39,948 nt of DNA from an uncultured Bacteroidales bacterium (GTDB lineage: Bacteria; Bacteroidota; Bacteroidia; Bacteroidales; Muribaculaceae). This document shows positions 36,625 through 39,948 of the stretch, one piece after another (positions within the stretch are counted from its first letter, which is position 1; every line of letters begins with the position of its first letter). The position numbers and the translations under genes are program-made. The stretch lies in the NCBI GenBank assembly GCA_902761475.1, contig CACWKM010000001.1, positions 1 to 39,948 on the forward strand. The letters are read 5' to 3'. The notes below the pieces were generated by a model, which made no database searches, was not told the origin of the DNA, and saw nothing but the letters and a program-made list of their open reading frames with translations.

Positions 36625-36764
36625 AAGTGAGGCTGCGCCTCGGAAAATTGCAAATGAATTTGCATTTTCGCTCGGCTTGCACTACGTTGGCCGCTCCGCG
36701 CCCGAAGTGAGGCGGCGCCTCGGAAAATTGCAAATGAATTTGCATTTTCGCTCGGCTTGCACTA
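36625..36764 (+). repeat. Two 60-bp direct repeats (80-bp period), each a hairpin
   Basis: AAGTGAGGC(T/G)GCGCCTCGGAAAATTGCAAATGAATTTGCATTTTCGCTCGGCTTGCACTA at 36625-36684 and 36705-36764, one mismatch. Confidence 0.95.
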
Positions 36765-36770
36765 ACTTTG
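36739..36770 (+). promoter_or_regulatory. Consensus promoter TTTG-N20-TAACTTTG formed by second repeat copy
   Basis: TTTG 36739-36742 and TAACTTTG 36763-36770, 42 bp upstream of the SDR ATG. Confidence 0.75.
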
Positions 36771-36812
36771 TGAGTTGAAACGAAACCTCAACGACACAAA
36801 AACAAGGATAAA

Positions 36813-37688
36813 ATGGAAACCAATAGCATCACTCCTCCCGCCGTGCCATTGTATGTTGTCACGGGTGCCACCGACAACACTGGCAGTGTGATTACGCGTC
36901 GCCTTGCCGAGCAAGGCAAGGCTGTGCTGCTGGCCAGCCTCAATCTGGAACGTGCCGAGGCCAGCGCAGCAGCGTTGCGCGAGGCCACGGGCAACAAAGA
37001 CATCAGTTGCTTGCAACTCGACCTGAGTTCCTTTGAGATGGTGCGCGACTTCGTGGCTCGCCTCAAAGCCTTGCGACGCCCCATCGCAGCACTGGTGAAC
37101 AACGCCAGCACGCTGCCACGACACAGCAAACTCTCGCCCGACGGCTTCGAACACACCATCCAGGTGAACTTCCTGAGCACTGTGCTGCTATCCATGGCCA
37201 CATTCCCCATCATCGAGGACGGCGGCAAAATCATCCTATCCACCTCGGTGAGCCGGCGCTTCGTGTCGCTCCCCTATGAGTTCCCCGCCGTGTCGCACTT
37301 CACACAGATTGGCGCCTACGCACAAAGCAAACTGGCGCTCACGCTGTTCTCCATCTACATGAGCACCGTGATGAAAATCAAGCACGTGAGCGTGAACTGC
37401 GTGAACCCCGGCGTGCTCAACACCGGCATGCTCGCACTGCATCGCTGGCTGGACCGCGCGGCCGACTACCTCGTGAACCCGCTGCGGCATCCCGAGAGCG
37501 GAGTGGAATCGACACTGCGCGCACTGGAATCTAACGACAGCGGATTCATCTTCACCACCGACGGCAAACAGGTGAAGACGAGCACCATGCTCAAGAACCG
37601 AGAGGTGTTCATCAAGTTGTGCAACGACACCATGCGCATCATCAAGAAAAACCTCCCCAGCGACGACGCCCCCACGGCCAATTCATAA
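36813..37688 (+). CDS. SDR family oxidoreductase (retinol-DH/WWOX-like subgroup)
   Basis: VVTGATDNTG, QLDLSS, LVNNA, DGFEHTIQVNFL, YAQSK (YxxxK) and VNPG motifs. Confidence 0.88.
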   Translation: METNSITPPAVPLYVVTGATDNTGSVITRRLAEQGKAVLLASLNLERAEASAAALREATGNKDISCLQLDLSSFEMVRDFVARLKALRRPIAALVNNASTLPRHSKLSPDGFEHTIQVNFLSTVLLSMATFPIIEDGGKIILSTSVSRRFVSLPYEFPAVSHFTQIGAYAQSKLALTLFSIYMSTVMKIKHVSVNCVNPGVLNTGMLALHRWLDRAADYLVNPLRHPESGVESTLRALESNDSGFIFTTDGKQVKTSTMLKNREVFIKLCNDTMRIIKKNLPSDDAPTANS

Positions 37689-38641
37689 TGAACGTCATCC
37701 TCAACACCGACCCCATTGAAAATCGTGGCGCAATGGTCGCCACTGTGGGGTTGTTTGATGGTGTACACCTGGGTCACAGGCACATCATCAATGCTTTGCG
37801 ACTGCGTGCCGCCGCACTGGGCGCACAATCGATGGTGGTGACGTTCGACCAGCACCCGCAGCACATTCTTGCACCCGACAAAGAGCCCGTGAAACAAATC
37901 TCGAGCATCCTCGACCGCGTCAACCGCTTGAACGAGGCCCAAGTGGACAACATGCTGGTGTTCGCCTTTGAGGACATCGTTTCGCTCACTGCCCGCGAGT
38001 TCATCATCAAGTTGCGCGACGACTACGGCGTGGTGAGCCTCGTGATGGGCTATGACAACCACATAGGCAGCGACCGCGCCGACGCGAGCCAGTGCGAAGC
38101 GCTGGGCGAGGAATTAGGGGTGAGCGTGGCGCGCATCTCCAAGGCCCCGCTGGGCGACGTGAGTTCCACGCTCATTCGCCACGCCATCGCCCACGACGGC
38201 GACATGCTCAAGGCCCACCTCATGCTGGGACATCCGTTTGCTATCTATGGCACCGTGATTCATGGCGAGCGACAAGGCACCGCCATGGGATTCCCCACGG
38301 CCAATGTGGGCGAACTGAGCAGTTACCAACTCATGCCCAAACTCGGAGCCTATGCCGTGGTGGTCGGGTTACCCGACACCCGACAACACTTTCCGGGCAT
38401 GGCCGGAGTGAGCCTGCGACCCACCTTCGCCCTCGACCCCGACGACGCCAACAGCCTCTCGGTAGAGGTGAATATTTTTGCCGACAACGTGGGCGACATC
38501 TATGGCAACAACATCATCGTCTATTTCATCGACCGCCTGCGCGACGAGATGAAGTTTGACAGCCCCGAGGCGCTCGGCAAGCAGTTAGAGCAAGACCGCG
38601 CCAAGGCAATGGAAAAACTGCAACAATTCTTTTCAAACTAA
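37688..38641 (+). CDS. ribF: Bifunctional riboflavin kinase / FAD synthetase
   Basis: GLFDGVHLGH, VSSTLIR, GFPTAN, RPTF and RLRDEMKF motifs. ATG 37688 overlaps the SDR stop (TAATG). Confidence 0.93.
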   Translation: MNVILNTDPIENRGAMVATVGLFDGVHLGHRHIINALRLRAAALGAQSMVVTFDQHPQHILAPDKEPVKQISSILDRVNRLNEAQVDNMLVFAFEDIVSLTAREFIIKLRDDYGVVSLVMGYDNHIGSDRADASQCEALGEELGVSVARISKAPLGDVSSTLIRHAIAHDGDMLKAHLMLGHPFAIYGTVIHGERQGTAMGFPTANVGELSSYQLMPKLGAYAVVVGLPDTRQHFPGMAGVSLRPTFALDPDDANSLSVEVNIFADNVGDIYGNNIIVYFIDRLRDEMKFDSPEALGKQLEQDRAKAMEKLQQFFSN

Positions 38642-38653
38642 ATAGATATATCT

Positions 38654-39310
38654 ATGGAAGTTATCAATTTGAGTGAACAAAACTCGCTTGTGGGTCAATT
38701 CATGAGCGAAGTGCGCGACAAGGTACTGCAACAGGAGCGTCTGCGCTTCCGCACTAACATCCACCGTCTGGCTCAAATCATGGCCTACGAAATCTCCAAG
38801 CGCCTGCGCTATCGCGAGGTGGAGGTCGAGACGCCGCTGGGCGTGAAAAAGACTCGCGTAATCGACGACCGCGTGGTGCTCGCCACCATCCTGCGTGCCG
38901 GACTGCCGTTCCACGAGGGATTCTTGAGTTACTTCGATGGCGCCGACAATGCCTTTGTGAGCGCCTATCGCAAGTACTTCCCCAAGACCGACGACTTTGT
39001 GGTGCACATTGAGTACATCGCCAGCCCGCGCCTCGACGACAAGACGCTGATTATCGTCGACCCCATGCTCGCCACGGGTTCGTCGATGGAACTGGCCTAT
39101 CAGGCACTCGTCACCAAGGGGCATCCCTCGCACATCCATGTGGCGAGCGTCATCGCCACCGACCAGGCCATCGAGGTGGTGCGCAAGCGGCTGCCCGCCG
39201 ACAAGACCACACTGTGGACGGCCGACATCGACCACGAACTCAACACCCACAGTTACATCATCCCGGGTCTAGGCGACGCCGGCGACTTGCTCTACGGCGA
39301 AAAGGAGTAA
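38654..39310 (+). CDS. upp: Uracil phosphoribosyltransferase
   Basis: ILRAGLP, PRPP-binding IIVDPMLATGSS and YIIPGLGDAGD motifs. Confidence 0.96.
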   Translation: MEVINLSEQNSLVGQFMSEVRDKVLQQERLRFRTNIHRLAQIMAYEISKRLRYREVEVETPLGVKKTRVIDDRVVLATILRAGLPFHEGFLSYFDGADNAFVSAYRKYFPKTDDFVVHIEYIASPRLDDKTLIIVDPMLATGSSMELAYQALVTKGHPSHIHVASVIATDQAIEVVRKRLPADKTTLWTADIDHELNTHSYIIPGLGDAGDLLYGEKE

Positions 39311-39338
39311 GCCCCCTGGGCCACACGACATAAAAACG

Positions 39339-39390
39339 ATTGCCACCGCAGCCGCTCCACAGGAGGGGCCGCGATGGCAATTTTTCTTTT
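39339..39390. terminator. Terminator hairpin between convergent upp and frr
   Basis: ATTGCCA-C-CGC...GCG-A-TGGCAAT stem, T-rich tract on + side and A-rich tract on the other. Confidence 0.7.
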
Positions 39391-39414
39391 TTTCGCGCTG
39401 CGCGTGAGGGATTT

Positions 39415-39948
39415 TTACACGGTGAGGATTTCCTTCTCCTTGGCGGCAAACACCTCGTCGATGCGCTTCATGTACTTGTCGTGGATTTTCTGCACCTTGG
39501 CTTCACCGTCCTTCGACACGTCCTCGCTCATGCCCTCCTTGATGGCCTTCTTGAGCCCCTCGATGGCGTCGCGGCGGGCGTTGCGCACACTCACGCGCGC
39601 CTTCTCGGCCTCGGCCTTGCTGTCCTTCACGAGTTGCTTGCGGCGGTCCTCGGTGAGCGGCGGAATGCTCAGGCGAATCACCTCGCCGTTGCTCTCCGGC
39701 ATGATGCCCACGTTAGAGTCGATGATGGCTTTCTCAATCACGCGGAACATATTCTTCTCCCACGGCATGATGGCGATGGTGCGCTGGTCGGGCGTGCTGA
39801 TGTTGGCCACGTTGCCAATGGGCACCTTGCTGCCATAGTATTCCACACGGATGCTGTCTAAGATTTTCACATTGGCCTTGCCCGCACGGATGTGGGCCAG
39901 GGAGTCGTCGAGATAGGCCACAGCCTCGCTCATCTTTTTCTCGGCGGC
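39415..39948 (-). CDS. frr: Ribosome recycling factor (5' end outside window)
   Basis: [38 protein letters not shown] and KEKEILTV motifs; frame stays open to the window edge (AAEKKM). Confidence 0.96.
   Translation of the reverse strand, partial: AAEKKMSEAVAYLDDSLAHIRAGKANVKILDSIRVEYYGSKVPIGNVANISTPDQRTIAIMPWEKNMFRVIEKAIIDSNVGIMPESNGEVIRLSIPPLTEDRRKQLVKDSKAEAEKARVSVRNARRDAIEGLKKAIKEGMSEDVSKDGEAKVQKIHDKYMKRIDEVFAAKEKEILTV

Noticed and set aside
36625-36764. CRISPR interpretation of the 60-bp repeats
   Set aside because: Two copies only, repeat too long, 20-bp spacer too short, no cas genes.
1-39948. tRNA, rRNA, transposase, integrase or phage genes
   Set aside because: None recognised; all long ORFs are accounted for by other families.

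Overview
Bacteroidales chromosomal window (Muribaculaceae/Prevotella-like). This assignment rests on TAnnTTTG promoters, SusC/SusD pairs and C-rich third codon positions. Most of it (about 3.64-39.9 kb) is ordinary backbone. From left to right it holds: a LOG-family gene, lgt, a large MscS channel, and two divergent SusC/SusD pairs (the second with an extra lipoprotein) with no CAZymes or regulator. Then come mscL, gap, a TolC/MacA/MacB-type efflux operon with a LytS/LytTR two-component system, and a GYF-type membrane protein. Last are a non-SusC TonB receptor plus a DUF5689-type lipoprotein (candidate DNA-uptake pair), ddl, an SDR, ribF, upp and the 3' part of frr. The first 3.6 kb is different. 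It is a run of small, unrelated, co-oriented genes whose boundaries carry a recurring ~18-bp imperfect palindrome (GATAAA-N6-TTTATC), suggesting a gene-cassette array with recombination sites unlike attC. This block joins the backbone through an in-frame chimeric DUF4271/LytTR ORF. Other notable non-coding structures are a ~540-bp nested palindromic REP/BIME-like mosaic (20439-20980) and a tandem 60-bp hairpin repeat that carries a promoter (36625-36770). There is also an A8 tract in a susC promoter spacer and a perfect 33-bp in-frame duplication in the TonB receptor. Family assignments come from motif recognition only; no searches were run.
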